Source: Candidatus Undinarchaeota archaeon
GTDB lineage: Archaea > SpSt-1190 > DYHY01 > CAZGQF01
Assembly (NCBI GenBank): GCA_964527545.1
Contig: CAZGQF010000003.1
Coordinates: forward strand, 1,461-65,460
Direction of reading: 5' to 3'
DNA: 64,000 nucleotides
A program made the position numbers and the translations under genes. The notes under the pieces are model-generated. The model saw nothing but the letters and a program-made list of their open reading frames with translations. It did not search any database and was not told the DNA's origin. Of the stretch, positions 62,927 through 64,000 are shown one piece after another. How positions within the stretch are numbered: the stretch's first letter is position 1; the number at the start of each line of letters is the position of its first letter.

Positions 62927-63332
62927 GAAGAAAGAAAAAGTGATCCACGTCTCGGGCAAGAGAAAGAAGGCGATAGCCAGGGCTACACTGAAGAAGGGCG
63001 ACGGAACAGTCAGGATCAACTCCAAGCTGTTGGAGATAATGGAGCCGCGATACCACAGGCTGATTGTGGAGGAGGCGCTCCAGCTCGCGGGGGATGCGGC
63101 GAAGAAGGTCAACATCTCAATCAAGGTTGAAGGAGGCGGCAAGATGGGCCAGGCAGAGGCCGTGGCGCTCAGCATCGCCAAGGGGCTGGTCGAGTGGACT
63201 GGCTCCGAGAAGCTGAAGGAGAAGTACGAGGCCTACAGCAGGCACATGGTGGTCGCCGATTCAAGGCAGAAGGAGCCCAACAAGCCGGGCCGCTCGAGCG
63301 CTCGCTCCAGCGCCCAAAAGTCTAAGAGGTGA
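62919..63332 (+). CDS. rps9: 30S ribosomal protein S9
   Basis: Contains GKRKKAIARATL and VEGGGKMGQAEAVALSIAKGL, with a C-terminal ...QKSKR tail. Confidence 0.9.
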   Translation: MSKKKEKVIHVSGKRKKAIARATLKKGDGTVRINSKLLEIMEPRYHRLIVEEALQLAGDAAKKVNISIKVEGGGKMGQAEAVALSIAKGLVEWTGSEKLKEKYEAYSRHMVVADSRQKEPNKPGRSSARSSAQKSKR

Positions 63333-63336
63333 AAAA

Positions 63337-63534
63337 ATGATAATACCTGTACGCTGCTTCAGTTGCGGTGCGCCCGTGGGGGCGTGGTACGAGGAGTTCA
63401 GGAAGCTGAAAGAGAAGGGAAAGAGCCCAAAGGAGGCACTGGACTCCATCGGAGTGGAGAGATACTGCTGCAGGCGGATGATTTTGAGCCAGGTGGACCT
63501 CCTCCCCATGGTCAGCAAGTTCAAGAAGGGATGA
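63337..63534 (+). CDS. rpoN: DNA-directed RNA polymerase subunit N (Rpo10)
   Basis: MIIPVRCFSCGAPVG...YCCRRMIL. Confidence 0.9.
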   Translation: MIIPVRCFSCGAPVGAWYEEFRKLKEKGKSPKEALDSIGVERYCCRRMILSQVDLLPMVSKFKKG

Positions 63535-63539
63535 GCAGA

Positions 63540-63614
63540 GGGGCCGTAGGGTAGTTTGGTTTATCCTTCCAGCTCGGGGAGCTGGCGACCCGTGTTCAAA
63601 TCACGGCGGCCCCA
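63540..63614 (+). tRNA. tRNA-Pro (anticodon most likely GGG; unusual C at position 33)
   Basis: The acceptor stem is GGGGCCG/CGGCCCC. The anticodon arm is CCAGC-UCGGGGA-GCUGG. The T arm is CCGUG-UUCAAAU-CACGG and the discriminator is A. Confidence 0.85.
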
Positions 63615-63701
63615 CTCATCCCCTGTTTGTGAAGATGGTTTTCCTGGCGGAGGCCGGGCTGTAGGCGCTGTCTTTAAAATCGTGGAGCGTCGGGGAGTGG
63701 C

Positions 63702-64000
63702 ATGGCGACGGAAGTCTCCGGCTTGATGTTCAACGACCACAAAGAGATCTTCGACCTGCTGAAAAAGTTCGAGAAAAATGGGGGGGAGGACGCTGAGAAA
63801 AACGCACTGCTCTTCGATAAGTTCAAATGGAGGCTCGAGGTCCACATACTGATCGAGGAGAGGGTGATCTTCAGCGAGGCGAGTTTTTCGGAGAAAAACG
63901 GCGAGATGGTCCAGCAGCTGCTGTCTGAGCATCACCTGCTTCTCGACATGCTGAGGAGCCTGGAGAGGCGCCTTGCATCTGGCTACACAGAGTTCGTGGT
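63702..64000 (+). CDS. hemerythrin-like (HHE cation-binding) protein, N-terminal part (runs off the window end)
   Basis: MATEVSGLMFNDHKEIFDLLKKF...KWRLEVHILIEERVIF...LLSEHHLLLDML. It shows the H...HxxxE and HH spacing typical of hemerythrin-like four-helix bundles. Confidence 0.5.
   Translation, partial: MATEVSGLMFNDHKEIFDLLKKFEKNGGEDAEKNALLFDKFKWRLEVHILIEERVIFSEASFSEKNGEMVQQLLSEHHLLLDMLRSLERRLASGYTEFV

Noticed and set aside
63561-63935. 124-aa minus-strand ORF.
   Set aside because: It overlaps tRNA-Pro and is antisense to the hemerythrin-like gene, which has the better motif support.

Overview
GC-rich, densely coding archaeal chromosomal segment. The archaeal assignment rests on FtsZ plus SepF, A1AO ATP synthase, RNA polymerase subunits K/P/N, r-proteins L37Ae/S17e/L18e, Pcc1, prefoldin beta and GatD. 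Lineage cannot be fixed from this window alone. Many genes appear leaderless, with an A/T-rich TATA-like box about 25 nt upstream of the start. Many neighbouring genes overlap by 4 nt (ATGA, GTGA or TTGA).

Housekeeping content:
- ftsZ, asnS, alaX, pyrG and hisS.
- An rpoK / GTPase / S17e / sepF / UPF0147 / DHH / pfdB / pcc1 / rpoP / L37Ae block.
- A two-subunit 2-oxoacid:ferredoxin oxidoreductase.
- A complete atpHIKECFABD operon.
- An L18e-L13-S9-rpoN-tRNA(Pro) block, plus tRNA-Glu(CUC) and tRNA-Leu(UAA).

The accessory and most interesting content is a type IV pilus system. Three large paralogous proteins, plus one 5' gene fragment, share a near-identical archaeal pilin N-terminal module ((M)RGITPVIAI...). 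This module is fused to variable Cys-rich mini-modules and divergent, sequon-rich, Asp-box-like repeat domains. Two of these genes sit in tandem next to an ArsR-type regulator, a GT2 glycosyltransferase, a VirB11/FlaI-type ATPase and two half-size TadB/TadC-like platform proteins. The same locus holds an unannotated 52-aa Flp/class-III-type pilin and an ABC transporter with a giant coiled-coil ectodomain. The third paralog heads a tight operon with a GT4 glycosyltransferase, a HIT protein and two unknown proteins. A further class-III-signal protein with three tandem beta-rich repeats lies at 44.7-46.0 kb.

Most long ORFs antisense to these genes are GC-rich shadow ORFs and were rejected. No CRISPR array, rRNA, transposase, integrase or reverse transcriptase was recognised.
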